From Nitrospirota bacterium (GTDB taxonomy: Bacteria; Nitrospirota; Thermodesulfovibrionia; Thermodesulfovibrionales; UBA9159), in contig CAVOUE010000011.1 in the NCBI GenBank assembly GCA_963699545.1, positions 11,494 to 75,493 on the forward strand: DNA of 64,000 nt, given 5' to 3'. Both the position numbers and the translations under genes were made by a program. Position 1 is the stretch's first letter. Every line of letters starts with the position of its first letter. A model generated the notes under the pieces. It worked only from the letters and a program-made list of their open reading frames with translations. It was not told where the DNA came from and made no database searches. Of the stretch, positions 23,766-35,681 are shown piece by piece.

Positions 23766-24669
23766 GTTTCTCGAAGGGGTAACTCTTCAGATAGGTAAGG
23801 AACTCATCCACCGCATGGGATGCGATGGCGTTCTTATGAAAGATCAGGGAGAAGTCCCTGAAGAATTTTTCTTCCTTGAGGCTCAAGAGCTTAAGACTTC
23901 CGTACTTGTTCTCTTTCCTTGCCGCCCATCGTGATACGATAGAGATACCGATGCCGCTCTCCACGGCCTCTTTGATCGCCTCCGTGCTTCCCAGCATCAT
24001 GGAGGCCTTCATGTCATGGGTGCTGATGCCGTGCTTGTTGAGATATTTCTCCAGGATCTGGCGGGTACCTGAACCCTCTTCCCTCAGGACGAACGGTTCC
24101 TTTGTCACGTCATAAATCGAGATATCCTTTTTCTTGGCCCAGGGGTGGAGCGCCGGAACGATTACCACAAGCTCATCCGAGATGAGTTTTTCCACTATGA
24201 GTTTCTGACGCGCCACATCCCCTTCCACAAGACCGATATCGATATTCCCGGAATTCAGGAACTCCACAATCCTTTTCGTATTCCCCACAGACAGATGGAT
24301 CTTTATCTTGGGATGGGTTCTCCGGAAGTCCGCAATAACCGTGGGCAAGAGATGATTGCCTATGGTGGTGCTGGCGCCCACACTGATACTTCCCTTCACA
24401 AGACCCGTCAGCTCTCCGATATTCTTCTCCGCTGCCGAATAGAGGGCGAGTATCTCTTTTGCATATTTGTAGAGGATTTCACCTGCGGGCGTAAGGGATA
24501 CTGTGCTTGACGACCTGTCGAAGAGTTTTGTCTCGTACAACTCCTCAAGGGCCTGTATCTGCAAACTGACCGCTGGCTGAGTGAGATGTATGATCTCCGA
24601 TGCTTTTGAGAAGCTCTTTGTGTCCGCGACCGTGCAGAAGACTTTAAGTTTGTGATCTTCCATAACCAT
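23725..24669 (-). CDS. LysR-family regulator (CysL-like)
   Basis: SFSKASEIIHLTQPAVSLQI, GASTTIG, REEGSGTR. Confidence 0.9.
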   Translation of the reverse strand: MVMEDHKLKVFCTVADTKSFSKASEIIHLTQPAVSLQIQALEELYETKLFDRSSSTVSLTPAGEILYKYAKEILALYSAAEKNIGELTGLVKGSISVGASTTIGNHLLPTVIADFRRTHPKIKIHLSVGNTKRIVEFLNSGNIDIGLVEGDVARQKLIVEKLISDELVVIVPALHPWAKKKDISIYDVTKEPFVLREEGSGTRQILEKYLNKHGISTHDMKASMMLGSTEAIKEAVESGIGISIVSRWAARKENKYGSLKLLSLKEEKFFRDFSLIFHKNAIASHAVDEFLTYLKSYPFEKLISVTVGSRTLTG

Positions 24670-24706
24670 TAAATTTTCTTATTTTAGTAATTATAATTCT
24701 AATAAG

Positions 24707-25513
24707 TCAAGCCTCCGAAGGGTCTTCTACAGGATGGAGGGGATTTTTCGCCCTTACTGATGGGCGTGCGGAAGTCTTGCACCCCTCAATCGTTTCCGCT
24801 CTCCAGTAGAGAATCCTGCTACATTGAGGGCACTGAATAATCTTTTCGTTCTTCTTTATCTCCACAAAGAGCTGAGGAGGGATATTCATGTTGCACCCCC
24901 TGACATATCTCCCCCTGGTTTCCACCACAGCGAGACCCCTCTTTGCTTCAAAGAGCTTTCTGTACATACGGTAAGCTTCATTGTCCAGGGCCTTCACATA
25001 TCCTTCTCTCCGAAGCCTGAGATCATCAATCTCCCCCTCTATGACCGCAACGTCTTCCTGGAGTTTCCTCCTGAAGGCATTGATCTTCTCCTCTTCAGCC
25101 TTTACCGTCACCTCAAGGGCTTTCGCTTCTCTTTGTGTGGTATCGAGCGCCTCCATCACCGCGAGAACCTCATCCTCCACGGTACGCTGGTCCTTTTCCG
25201 CCGACTCAATCTCTTTCAGATGCGCCTGGTATTCCTTGTTGGTCTTTATATCCGATATGCGCGCCTTGAGCTTCTTTAATTTTTCATTGACATCTTCAAG
25301 GTGCTGTTCCCTGTCCTTCTTCTTCTTCACGAGGCCGTCAAGCCTCTGCTTCGCCCTGTCATACGCTCCCAGGGCATCTTTCAACGGCTGCTCAACAGAG
25401 GCGACCTTACCCGGAATGGTTTCGATAATGTCGGATTTCTCGATGATGATCGTATCTATTCCTTGCAGTTCCATGAGAAGCTTAAGGTCTTCTATCACAT
25501 ACCCTCCCGACAA
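24707..25513 (-). CDS. Coiled-coil plus C4 zinc-ribbon protein (DUF164-like)
   Basis: Long coiled coil, KTNKEYQA, GCNMNIPPQ..CPQCSRILY. Confidence 0.85.
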   Translation of the reverse strand: MSGGYVIEDLKLLMELQGIDTIIIEKSDIIETIPGKVASVEQPLKDALGAYDRAKQRLDGLVKKKKDREQHLEDVNEKLKKLKARISDIKTNKEYQAHLKEIESAEKDQRTVEDEVLAVMEALDTTQREAKALEVTVKAEEEKINAFRRKLQEDVAVIEGEIDDLRLRREGYVKALDNEAYRMYRKLFEAKRGLAVVETRGRYVRGCNMNIPPQLFVEIKKNEKIIQCPQCSRILYWRAETIEGCKTSARPSVRAKNPLHPVEDPSEA

Positions 25514-25589
25514 AAAAGGAAATGAGAAATGAAAACGTGGGACTCATTCTATCCTCATTTCCCTGCCCTCAGTGCACAGTTGTCACAAG

Positions 25590-25662
25590 TGGGCCCACCA
25601 GGACTCGAACCTGGGACCAACCGGTTATGAGCCGGTAGCTCTACCAGCTGAGCTATGGGCCC
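25590..25662 (-). tRNA. tRNA with CAT anticodon (probably tRNA-Ile2); CCA not encoded
   Basis: GGGCCCATAGCTCAGCTGGTAGAGC..ACCGG-CTCATAA-CCGGT..GGTTCGAGTCC..TGGGCCCA cloverleaf downstream of rpoD. Confidence 0.93.
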
Positions 25663-25789
25663 GAAATAAGTCACACGTGACGAGTAGCGAGCAAAAAAAA
25701 TGTGAAACTAAACTTTCTCTCCTGTGCTTGCAGCCCGTTAGCACTGTCGACTTTGAACTCGTTACTATAAACTCGTTCCCGTCTTTTGG

Positions 25790-27399
25790 TCAAGGACTTT
25801 CAATGAACGTGCGTAACCACTTGCTCCGGGCGGGGTGTTTCAGCTTCCTGATCGCCTTCACCTCTATCTGTCTGATCCTCTCCCGGGTGACATCAAATTC
25901 CTGGCCAAGCTCTTCAAGGGTGTGGGGAAAATCTTCACCGATACCGAACCTCCTCTTGATGATCTTCGCCTCCTTGGGATTGAGGGTGCCGAGGACCTTC
26001 TCGATCTGCATCTTGAGGTCGTCGTTGATGGCGATATCAAGGGGGGACAGGGTGGCCTTGTCTTCGATGAAGTCCCGGAGATGACTGTCCTCCTCCTCCC
26101 CCATCGGGGTCTCGAGGGATATCGGCTCCTTGGTGATCTTCAGGATAGCCTTCACCTTATCAACGGGCATATTCACCCGGTCAGCAATCTCCTCTGGCGA
26201 GGGTTCATTCCCAGTTCCTGGACAAGTTCTCTTGTGGCCTTTGAGATGCGGCTGATCGATCTCCACCATGTGCACCGGGATCCGGATGGTCCGTGACTGA
26301 TCGGCAAGGGCCCTGGTAATGGACTGCCTGATCCACCACGTGGCATAGGTGCTGAACTTGTATCCTCTCCGGTACTCGAACTTGTCCACAGCCCTCATCA
26401 GCCCGATGTTCCCCTCCTGGATGAGGTCAGGGAAACTGAGCCCCTTCCCGATATACCGCTTCGCGATGCTGATCACAAGCCTGAGATTGGCCTCGATCAT
26501 CCCGCTTTTTGCAGCAGATATCTCCGCCCTGCCCCCAGTAAAAACCTTCAGGTGTTTCTTCATTTCCGCGTAGGTGCCGATGGAGCGTTCATAGTCCTTT
26601 ATCCTGTTGAGGGAATCACGGTCCTTCTTCCTCTTGATCTCTTCCACCTTTTGTATCGCTCTTCCCAATTGCTCAGAAAAGGCATACATCACGTCATCTC
26701 TCATCCTGAGGTCCCTGACCTTCTCCAGGATCTTCTCTCTGTAATGTTCAACCAATCTCATGTATCGCGCCTCCCCGAATTCCCCGGCGACGCTTTTCCC
26801 CGATTTCCCTGTGGCCTGATGTTTGCCTGCCCTCCCCTCTTTCTCCTTCCTTGCCCTTGTTCCGGCTCCCTTCGTCCGAACTCTCCTGCCGGGGCGAGTT
26901 CTTTCTGCTATCGCTGCTGACAATTTGTTCTTACTCCTGATCCACTTCTCGTAAAGCCCATGTATCTCACCGGCAATAGCACATATCCTCTCCCCTTCAT
27001 CCCTGAGGGATTCGTCGGAGTCCCCGTCCTCCTGTACGATCTCCGCAATGGGGGCCTCTCCTGTCTTCACCAGGTCACCGAGGTCTATGAGCTTCTTTAC
27101 CGCAAAGGGAAGGGAGAAAATCACCGGGTCATTTTCTCCCTTCCCTTTTCTATTCTTTTTGCAAGCTCTATTTCTCCTTCCTTTGTCAGGAGAGGAATAG
27201 TGCCCATTTCCTTGAGATACATTCTCACCGGTTCATATTCCCCCTCAACAAGGGAAACCTTCTGCTCCTCTTTCACCACCTCTTCATAGACGTCATCCCC
27301 ATCCAGGAACATCTTCTCATCTTCCGGCGGCTCTTCCCTCAAGAATTCCAGATCGTCCTTGTCGCTCCGCCCTTCAAAATAATCAAACCCTTCCCTCAC
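25790..27399 (-). CDS. rpoD: RNA polymerase primary sigma factor (apparent indels)
   Basis: [53 protein letters not shown]. Confidence 0.93.
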
Positions 27400-29108
27400 C
27401 GCGCCTCCTTTATCAACCTCTGTCTCTCCTTTAACAGTGAATAGAGCAGGTCATGATCTCCCTTCTTTTCAGCCTGTCTGATCCTCTCGTGGATCTCTTT
27501 GCGCTGTTCAGCAGATTTCCTCGCCGCCATACTTCGCACACAGTCTTCTATATTCCTTTCTACCGCTTCATGATCGAATCCCGGATGAAAGGTCAGCTTT
27601 GTCACCAGCGCCTTCTCTTCGTCACCGAGAGATGACAGTATGGATTCAAAGCTTTCCTTGTTCCTTCCCGCGCCGAGTTTTTCCAATATACGCCTGACCG
27701 TCGGATTACCGAATTCCTCCATCGGCACCTCCCGTAAAAGAGGGGCCAGTTTCTCAGGAAATGAGATGACTGCGCTCAACAGGAGAAGTTCCTCATCGTA
27801 ACAAAACCCTCGGGAAGAAGGATCGGGAGAAGAGGGAATCTGCGCCCTTCCCCTCAGCTTCTTCCCTTTGCCCTCCATCTCTTCCCTTAATACCGTTTCC
27901 CTCAGACCGGTCTTTTCCGACAATTCCCTGACCAACGCTTCCTTCATGATCGCATCTCCGGCAGCCGAGATTATCTGGAGGGCTTCATGTACCATCTCGG
28001 TTCTGTCTCCCCTTTGAAACACTCATCAAGAAATCTACGGGAGACACTGCTTCGGAGACCATGTCGGCAAATACTCTCGCTCCCTTCTTCCTGAGAAAAC
28101 TGTCCGGATCATCATCCGGGGGCAGCAGGAGTATCTCCGACGTAAATCCTTGTTCAAGCAGAATGGGAAGGGATCTCTTGGCCGCAGCCTTTCCCGCCTC
28201 ATCCCCGTCAAAGACCAGGACCGCCTTCTTGGTGAACCTCTTCAGCCGCTGAAGATGTCCGGGCGTCAGCGCCGTACCGAGAGGAGCTGTGGCATTCGTG
28301 AACCCATATTGATGGCAGACAATAACATCAAAATATCCCTCCACGATAACAGCATATCCTTTCTTCCTGACCCCGTCTTTTGCATGGGCAAGACCATAAA
28401 GAGTTTCTCCCTTCTTGAAGAGGGGGCTATCCGGTGAATTCAGATACTTGGGCTGGGATTCATCCATCACCCTTCCTCCGAATGCGATAATACCGCCCTG
28501 CAGGTCAACGATGGGGAACATTATCCTGTCCCTGAAGGTATCGTATATCCCTTTCTCGCCGGAGGAAACAATACCTGACTGGAGAATGACGGACCGGGAA
28601 AACCCCTTCTCCTTCAGATAGTTCGAAAGATGGTGCCAGTCCTTTAATGCGTACCCAAGGGAAAATGAATGAATCGTGTCTTCCGTCAATCCTCTTTTCT
28701 TGAGATAGGAAGATGCGGTCTCTGACTTCTTGAGGTTGTCCGTAAACACCTTTGCAGCCACAGTGTGCAGCTCCAGCAGCTTCTCTCTTGGCCCGTCATC
28801 TCCGGACTGAAGTCGGTACTCTTTCAGGTCGATACCGGCCTTCTTGGCAAGAAGCCGCAGGGATTCCGGGAACGACAGGTTCTCGTACTTCATCACAAAA
28901 TTAATAACGTTGCCGCCCGATACCGCAGCCGAAGCAATGGAAAATCTGCTTGTCCTGGTTTACCATAAAAGAAGGCGTTTTCTCTGAATGGAAAGGGCAA
29001 AGGCCCTTGTAGTTCTGGCCTGCTCGTTTCAGTTCGACATAGTCGGATATCACATCCACTATATCGAGCCTGTGCCTTTAACTCTTCAAGAAGCCTTTCA
29101 TCCTTCAT
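27396..29108 (-). CDS. dnaG: DNA primase (apparent indels)
   Basis: N-terminal zinc-finger region, [32 protein letters not shown] across three ORFs. Confidence 0.93.
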
Positions 29109-30109
29109 AAAAAGAAAACTCTCAGGGAGTATGTTCTAACTACGCATGTTCTGCTGATGCGTCTGAACCCGGAACACTCATGGACGGTAAGGGGTGATCC
29201 GGCCGACTTGCCGACCTCATCCAGGAGGAGGTTCATCCCAAGGTTGTCACTGGAGATATGTCCCGCGATCACGACGTTGAGATGGTTCTTTTCGGCTTCC
29301 TTGCGATGCTCTTCGCTCAGGTGCATCGCCACAATGGTGTTCACCCCGCCGGACGCCATGCTCTGAAGATATCTCTTTCGAACCCTCCGTACCGCCCGTC
29401 ATATCCACGAATATCTTGCCCGCCGTCCTTGTACCGGAACCGAGAAGGACCTTCGGTCCTGTGCCGATACGGGAGGCTTCCCTGTATTCCGGGAATCGAC
29501 CTCAGGATATTCATCACGTCAGCCACGGTGTAGGGGCCTTTCTTATCAAAGGTCTCCTGGAGGTAGGTAGCGACCATATTGTCGGAGGGAGTATGGAGAC
29601 AGATGAAAGGCATGCCGAGGAGTTTCGCGGCATCCACCGCCCTCGTATGGTTAACCGGCATGAGCTTTCTCTCCACTTCCCTTATCCTGCCGTCCATGAG
29701 GTCTTCGGCAACGCTGATGGGTACCCCGAACCTGTGAAGGATATCTGACTGTATCCTCATAACGTCGTACAGGTTTGCGTATGCCCTTCCCCCGGGATGA
29801 TGAGAGAGAAGCAGGTCGATCTTCAGTCCCCTTTCCCTGAGCTTCTCGCAGAGGAGGACCTCGCCCACCTCAATATCGATGCCCACAAGGATGCTTCCTG
29901 ATTTCCTCTTCACCGGTCCCGTGCAGGACCCTTGAGTCGGAGTAAGGGTTCTTCAGGGACTCCCGGTCAAAGAATTCCCTATCGTCCTCCTTGAGAGCGC
30001 TGAACTCCTTTTCCCTCGCCTCAAGGTCCCTGACAACAATCTCTTTTCCCCGTGGATCGTTTTCTGTGCCGATTGCGATGGCTGTGTCGAACAAATCTCT
30101 CAGCTTCAT
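29105..30109 (-). CDS. NIF3/NGG1p-interacting-factor-like protein (apparent indels)
   Basis: NPYSDSR, ILVGIDIE, SHHP, LHTPSDN, AGHISSDNLGMN across frames. Confidence 0.78.
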
Positions 30110-30585
30110 TATGACTGGGGGGTGCCCCCGGACTCCAGCAACTCCTTCACACGCTGATTGACATATTTCCCGTCCGCCACACCCTTTACCCTGGGCATCA
30201 GAATACGCATCACCTTCCCCATGTCCTGAGGAGTGCTTGCAGACGCCTCTTGTATCGCACCGGAAATGATCCTGTCAATCTCCTCATGGCTGAGCTGCTG
30301 AGGCATATAGGATTGAAGAATAGCGACTTCCCGCTCTTCGTTCCGGGCCAGGTCCATCCTGCCGGCCTTTGTGAATTGCTCTACGGATTCCCGCCCCTGT
30401 TTCACCATGGAGGAGAGGACTGCAACGATTTCATCGTCCGTCAGTTCCCTGCCTTTTTCGATCTGCTTGTTCTTGACCGCGGCTTTCGCCATTCTCAAGA
30501 TGGAGACCTTCGCGCTTTCCGCCGCCTTTAACGCTTCTTTGAGATCGTTGTCGAATCTCGTGAGCAGGGACATCCTATCTCGCAA
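30109..30585 (-). CDS. yqeY: GatB/YqeY domain protein
   Basis: [27 protein letters not shown]; follows rpsU. Confidence 0.9.
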   Translation of the reverse strand: MRDRMSLLTRFDNDLKEALKAAESAKVSILRMAKAAVKNKQIEKGRELTDDEIVAVLSSMVKQGRESVEQFTKAGRMDLARNEEREVAILQSYMPQQLSHEEIDRIISGAIQEASASTPQDMGKVMRILMPRVKGVADGKYVNQRVKELLESGGTPQS

Positions 30586-30772
30586 TCGTTCGAACTTTTT
30601 TGAGAGCTTTCTTACGAGCAGCGATCGCTTTCTTTTTCTTCTTCACGCTCGGCTTTTCGTAATGCTCCCTCTTCTTTATCTCTGAGAGAATTCCTTCCCT
30701 TTCACACTGCTTCTTGAACTTCCTGAGCGCATTTTCGAAAGAATCACTCTCCCGTACCCTGATAGAGGGCAT
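30575..30772 (-). CDS. rpsU: 30S ribosomal protein S21
   Basis: [28 protein letters not shown]. Confidence 0.97.
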   Translation of the reverse strand: MPSIRVRESDSFENALRKFKKQCEREGILSEIKKREHYEKPSVKKKKKAIAARKKALKKVRTIAR

Positions 30773-30979
30773 TCATATACCCCCTCCTCTCTATTTTTGA
30801 TTTTATCTTCTCTCTGCCTGCATACGCAGGAGGTAAAATACTTTAGCAATTACCAATGTGGCATGTCAAGGACAAATCCCGCCGGAAAATAAGGCATTTT
30901 TGGGCTGCCCCAGATCTGTGACTTCACAGGTCTTCCTTCGGATTTTCTCTCCTCGCAGCTGCCAGAAAGCTGGGGAACT

Positions 30980-31174
30980 CTACTCCTCTTCAACGGTAAT
31001 CGCCTCCACCGGGCAGTTCTCTTCAGCGGCCTCGCAGCAGCCCACATATTCGCACGCGTCCGCGTCGATCACCTCTGCCTTGCCGATCACTTCATTGAGG
31101 TGAAATACAGCAGGGCATATCTCCTCACAGGTGCCACAGCCGATACACTTGTCCACATCCACGATGACCTTCAT
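30980..31174 (-). CDS. Single-cluster ferredoxin
   Basis: CIGCGTCEEICP..NCPVEAI. Confidence 0.92.
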   Translation of the reverse strand: MKVIVDVDKCIGCGTCEEICPAVFHLNEVIGKAEVIDADACEYVGCCEAAEENCPVEAITVEEE

Positions 31175-32115
31175 CCTGCCTCCTCAATAACCGCTGCCGC
31201 AAGGAGAGGGAACATTATCTCGTGATGCCCTGTGAGGGCATATGACCTGCCGCCCATCATTGTGGGTCTGCAAAGCACGTTCTCTCTGGGCCGGTAATGC
31301 TGGATGAAGTCCATGTTCACCGTAGTAATATCTTCCACCTTATTGCCCAGATTCCTGGCTACGGTCAGCGCCTTGAGGAAGACCTCGGGCATAATGACCG
31401 CGGAACCAAGATTGATATAGACGCCTCCCTCAAGATCTGCTATGACCGCTGCCAGCAGCCTGAAATCCCTGAGGCTCCCCCGGCCGATCATCGCCCCATC
31501 TGCCTGGGGATGCATATGGGTTATGTCCGTACCTAATGCGACATGGGTGGTCACAGGGACCCCCAGCCTGAAACCTTCCGAGAATATGCTCCTGTCCTTG
31601 AACCGGTTCTTGCCCCTGAATATGTATTCGCCCAAAGACCTTCCCATACCGTGTCCCTTTCTCACCCCGGCATTGACTGCCTTGTTAACTTCCTCTCCCG
31701 TCTCCCTCGCCATGCCGAACTTGCCGGTGCAGAGCTCGGAGGCAACATCTTCTGAAGTCCTGCCGTAAAGGGAAAGCTCAAAGTCGTGGACCATGCAGGC
31801 CCCGTTGGTCGCAACGGCAGATATCATTCCCCTTTTCATCAGGTCTATGATCACGGGGGATATCCCCACCTTAATGGGGTGGGCACCCATGCCAAGGACA
31901 ACAGGTCTCTGGCGTTTCCGCGCTTCAACGATGGACCGCACGATCGCCTTCAGGTCTGAGGCGGCGAGAAGGGAGGGGAGACCCTGCACAAACGTTCTGA
32001 ATGAAGCACCGTGCTTGTGGGGCGTTGCAGCGAGCTCAATTTCCACCTTGCTTTTTCGTAAAGACAAGGGATAGGTCTTTATTTTCCTGAGAGAGACCGG
32101 TTTATATCTTTTCAT
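31171..32115 (-). CDS. Conserved protein, deoxyhypusine-synthase-like fold
   Basis: GMGAHPIKVG, ATNGA..HDFE, NLGSAVIMPEVFLKA, GHHEIM. Confidence 0.6.
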   Translation of the reverse strand: MKRYKPVSLRKIKTYPLSLRKSKVEIELAATPHKHGASFRTFVQGLPSLLAASDLKAIVRSIVEARKRQRPVVLGMGAHPIKVGISPVIIDLMKRGMISAVATNGACMVHDFELSLYGRTSEDVASELCTGKFGMARETGEEVNKAVNAGVRKGHGMGRSLGEYIFRGKNRFKDRSIFSEGFRLGVPVTTHVALGTDITHMHPQADGAMIGRGSLRDFRLLAAVIADLEGGVYINLGSAVIMPEVFLKALTVARNLGNKVEDITTVNMDFIQHYRPRENVLCRPTMMGGRSYALTGHHEIMFPLLAAAVIEEAG

Positions 32116-32127
32116 GATGAAGATCTC

Positions 32128-32832
32128 CTAGCGGAATAAATTATATTTGATAATACAAAAAATTGCACGGAGCCCATCTCTCCACCCTATTTTCTTCCCT
32201 TCCGCATATGTTCTCCCATAATAGGAGATACCTACCTCAAACACCCTGCACCCTGTTTTAGCGATTTTTGCGGTAATTTCAGGTTCAAACCCAAATCTGT
32301 TTTCTTCTATCGTGATCGACTGGATAATATCTCTCCTGAATACCTTGTAGCAGGTTTCCATATCGGTCAAATTGAGGTTTGTGAGCATATTTGACAAGAG
32401 AGTCAATGCCATATTCCCCACTCTGTGCCAGAAATACAGGACCCTGTGCGGTTCATTTCCCACGAACCGGGAACCGTACACCACATCCGCCTTTCCCTCC
32501 AGTATCGGGGCCACAAGTCTGGGATATTCAATGGGGTCGTATTCAAGGTCAGCATCCTGAATAATGACCATATCACCTGTTGCCTCTTTAATGCCCGTTC
32601 TCAGTGCCGCCCCTTTTCCCTGATTCGCATCATGATACACCACCTTATCCACGCTCGGTCCCACTTGACCCCTTAATTTTTCCCTTGTCCCGTCAGTGGA
32701 ATAGTCATCAACAATGATAACCTCCTTGTCTTTGTAAGGAGATCGCCTCACCGCCTCTACTATCTTATCGATTGTGTGCACTTCGTTATAGCATGGTATG
32801 ATCACGGAAAGCTTCATATGGTTCCTCAACAC
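32128..32832 (-). CDS. GT2 glycosyltransferase (polyprenol-phosphate sugar synthase-like)
   Basis: [34 protein letters not shown]. Confidence 0.9.
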   Translation of the reverse strand: MLRNHMKLSVIIPCYNEVHTIDKIVEAVRRSPYKDKEVIIVDDYSTDGTREKLRGQVGPSVDKVVYHDANQGKGAALRTGIKEATGDMVIIQDADLEYDPIEYPRLVAPILEGKADVVYGSRFVGNEPHRVLYFWHRVGNMALTLLSNMLTNLNLTDMETCYKVFRRDIIQSITIEENRFGFEPEITAKIAKTGCRVFEVGISYYGRTYAEGKKIGWRDGLRAIFCIIKYNLFR

Positions 32833-33001
32833 CCCTCTTTCTCTTGCGGTGATTCGTTAATGGATTATTATACCTTACGCCAGGCCCTTCACGGTCATTC
32901 ATCTTACGGATTGACAGCGAGGGGGCCGCTGCTTAAGATAAGGGGGTACGTGCATCCCTTTTCCTCCTGAGGAAGGGGATTGCCTCTTCTTCATCGGATG
33001 A

Positions 33002-34367
33002 ATGAATAGAAAGAACAGAGCAGAGATTCTCACTCCCCTCGTGTATATACTGTTCATAGCCTTTATTGTGAGAGCAGCAGTCCCTCTTATTGTCATTTTC
33101 ACTATCGGCGACTACACCCTCTTCTACACTCCCGACACATTTTCGTATATGAAGTCGGCAAAGGAACTCTTGGCCCATGGGCAGTTCTCCAGCAATGGGG
33201 TCCCCGAGCTTTTTAGAACTCCGGGATATCCTGTCCTCCTGATCCCGGGGATTCTCCTCGGCAATGCCGAAATCGTGACCATTGCAATACAAATAGTGCT
33301 GAGTTGTTTGACCACGTATGTGGTGTTCAATATCTCCATGCTTCTTTTCAAAGACACCGGAATTGCATCATTCAGTGCGCTCATATATGCCATTGATCCG
33401 GTATCCATTCTCTATGCCTCGAAGCTTTTGTCAGAGACGCTCTGTGCGTTTCTCACCACTTTGTTTATGTATTGCCTTCTAAAGTATTTCAAGACGGAAT
33501 CGCCAAAGGTACTCGTCCTTGCCTCGATCATCCTTTCTGCCTCTGTCTATGTTCGGCCGGCGGGTTACTACCTGCCGATTGTTGTCGTCGTGGTCTTGCT
33601 CGTCTGGTCATTCAGGAGAAGAAAGGCAGCGCTCATCGCTCATGCGCTCGGTTTCCTGGTATGCTCACTCCTGATCATAGGCTCGTGGCAATTAAGAAAC
33701 CATAGAGAGGCTGGCTATTCAGGGTTTTCATCTGTTTCTGATCATAATCTCTACTGTTACCAGGCCGCATCCGTGCTCGCGGTTCAGCAGGGAATCCCGT
33801 ATTATGAGATGCAACACAGCATGGGTTGTCCTGATGAGGATATATACCTGCGGAAACATCCGGAGCAGAGTTCCTGGGGCAAGGGAGCGATATACCGCTC
33901 TATGGGAAGGGAAGGAATGAGAATAATCCTGAGATAATCCCGCTGCGTATTGTCTCATTCATGTCAAGGGTATGATCAGGACGATTATTGACCCCGGGAT
34001 ATCCGAATATCTCATCATGTTTAACCACTATTCCTGGTCTGGCGGCTTGCTCGGTCAGATACTGGATCAAGGCCTGTTTGTCACGATCAAGGGCTTCGCA
34101 AGGACAACGCCGGTCTTTTTCTTCAGCATGATAACAATATTGGGACTCTATCTGGTGGTGTCATTGAGCTCAGCCGCTATGGCGCTGCTTCATAAAGACT
34201 TTCCCTTCGGTGTTTCGGCAATAGCCATTCTCTGCATACTGGCATACTATCTCGTGGTTTCGGGAGGTCCCGTAGGATATCACAGATTCCGTCTCCCCAT
34301 TATGCCGATGATTTCGGTCTTTTCCGGCTATGGTTTATGCTTAGTGTACGAAAAGTTCAGGCGATAG
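33002..34367 (+). CDS. Polytopic GT-C (ArnT/PMT-like) glycosyltransferase (frameshift near 33932)
   Basis: PDTFSY, RTPGYP, LLSETL, YVRP, RFRLP; many TM segments; frame continues DNPAAY..MIRT. Confidence 0.7.
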
Positions 34368-34519
34368 GAGACGGGCGCTCTGCTGCGTGAACAGAGGCGG
34401 TACAGAAAGCAAACATCCCTGTTGTGCGTTACGTGGTTACCTGAGAACCATTGATTTCTTGGCAGTTATTGTGTTAGCATTTATTTTCAATTAACGAAAA
34501 ACAACTCGGGGAGGGAACA

Positions 34520-34816
34520 TTGGCAGGAAAGTCAGCACCGAAGAAGAATCCTTCGGCCATCAAAAGGGCACGGCAGGCAGAAAAACACAGGCTTCATAAC
34601 AGGGCAGTTAAAACAGCGATTAAGACGGTCACAAAGAAAGTTGAGACTGCGGTAAGCGAGAAGAACAAAGAGGAAGCCCGGGAGGCATTTGTGGAAGCCG
34701 CTGTGGTCATCAGCAAGGCTGCATCAAAGGGCGTGATACACAAAAACACTGCTTCGCGAAAGATATCCCGTCTCGCGAAACTGGCGAATACGGTCCTCAG
34801 ATCCGCAGCAGCCTGA
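34520..34816 (+). CDS. rpsT: 30S ribosomal protein S20
   Basis: SAIKRARQ..KGVIHKNTASRKISRL. Confidence 0.96.
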   Translation: MAGKSAPKKNPSAIKRARQAEKHRLHNRAVKTAIKTVTKKVETAVSEKNKEEAREAFVEAAVVISKAASKGVIHKNTASRKISRLAKLANTVLRSAAA

Positions 34817-35681
34817 TAAGCAAATATTCCAGAGGGAAAATTCCTCCGGAAGTCTTTATCCGGACATCTGCCTCATTGAGCAGCTCAAATACTCTGTCGT
34901 AGTAAGCCGTTTTCCCCTTGTCCCGGGAAGACATGCGGCTGTAATGCCAGTTGACGGCGCCCAGAAGTCCATATGACTCCTGAGTTTCCTGAAGTGTCTT
35001 TGCCACCTTGAAAACCTTCTGCGTATCCCTGTCCCTCAGGGCATTCACCAGATCAAAGACATCACAATCATCGCTCCCCCTGACAATATCCATAATGTCC
35101 GCGGTATCTATACGGCCCTTCCCCATAAGGGTGACCTTCTCCAGTTCGGATGAGAGAAGCCCCATATCCGGACCGACAACGCCCAGAAGATATTCAGCAG
35201 CTTCAGTCGTTATTTCGAAGCCCTTGCGCAAGGCCTTTTCCTTAATCCACGAGGGAAGTTCCTGGGGCCTGACGTCCAGGGGTGTGGCTTTGACTTTTTT
35301 CATCAGTTCCTTAAACTGGGCTTTCGGGCTGCCCTTGTGCAGAAGCATGAGAACGGAGTAGGGGGAAGGGTTCACGGTATACTGTTCAAGATGCTTCATA
35401 TCCTTTTTTGCAAGTTCCTGGATGTTCTCGATGATAACGACCTTCTGATTCCCCATAAAAGGGAGGGTGTTCACCACGTCCATGATCTGTTCAAAGGCCG
35501 GCACATCATCAATGCCGTCCAGGTCAAAGAGATGGACCGAGAAGTCTCTCTCCCCTTCAGGTACCGTCCCTTCGGCCAGTATGGAGGCTTCTCTGAGAAG
35601 ATAAGGGTCCTCGGCGTAAAGAAAATATATGGGTGCCTTTAAGCCCTTCTCAATTTCTTGCATAAAATGCTTGATGCTCAT
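34797..35681 (-). CDS. holA: DNA polymerase III subunit delta
   Basis: PIYFLYAEDPYL, TLPFMG, ELEK..; leuS-lptE-holA order. Confidence 0.85.
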   Translation of the reverse strand: MSIKHFMQEIEKGLKAPIYFLYAEDPYLLREASILAEGTVPEGERDFSVHLFDLDGIDDVPAFEQIMDVVNTLPFMGNQKVVIIENIQELAKKDMKHLEQYTVNPSPYSVLMLLHKGSPKAQFKELMKKVKATPLDVRPQELPSWIKEKALRKGFEITTEAAEYLLGVVGPDMGLLSSELEKVTLMGKGRIDTADIMDIVRGSDDCDVFDLVNALRDRDTQKVFKVAKTLQETQESYGLLGAVNWHYSRMSSRDKGKTAYYDRVFELLNEADVRIKTSGGIFPLEYLLIRLLRI

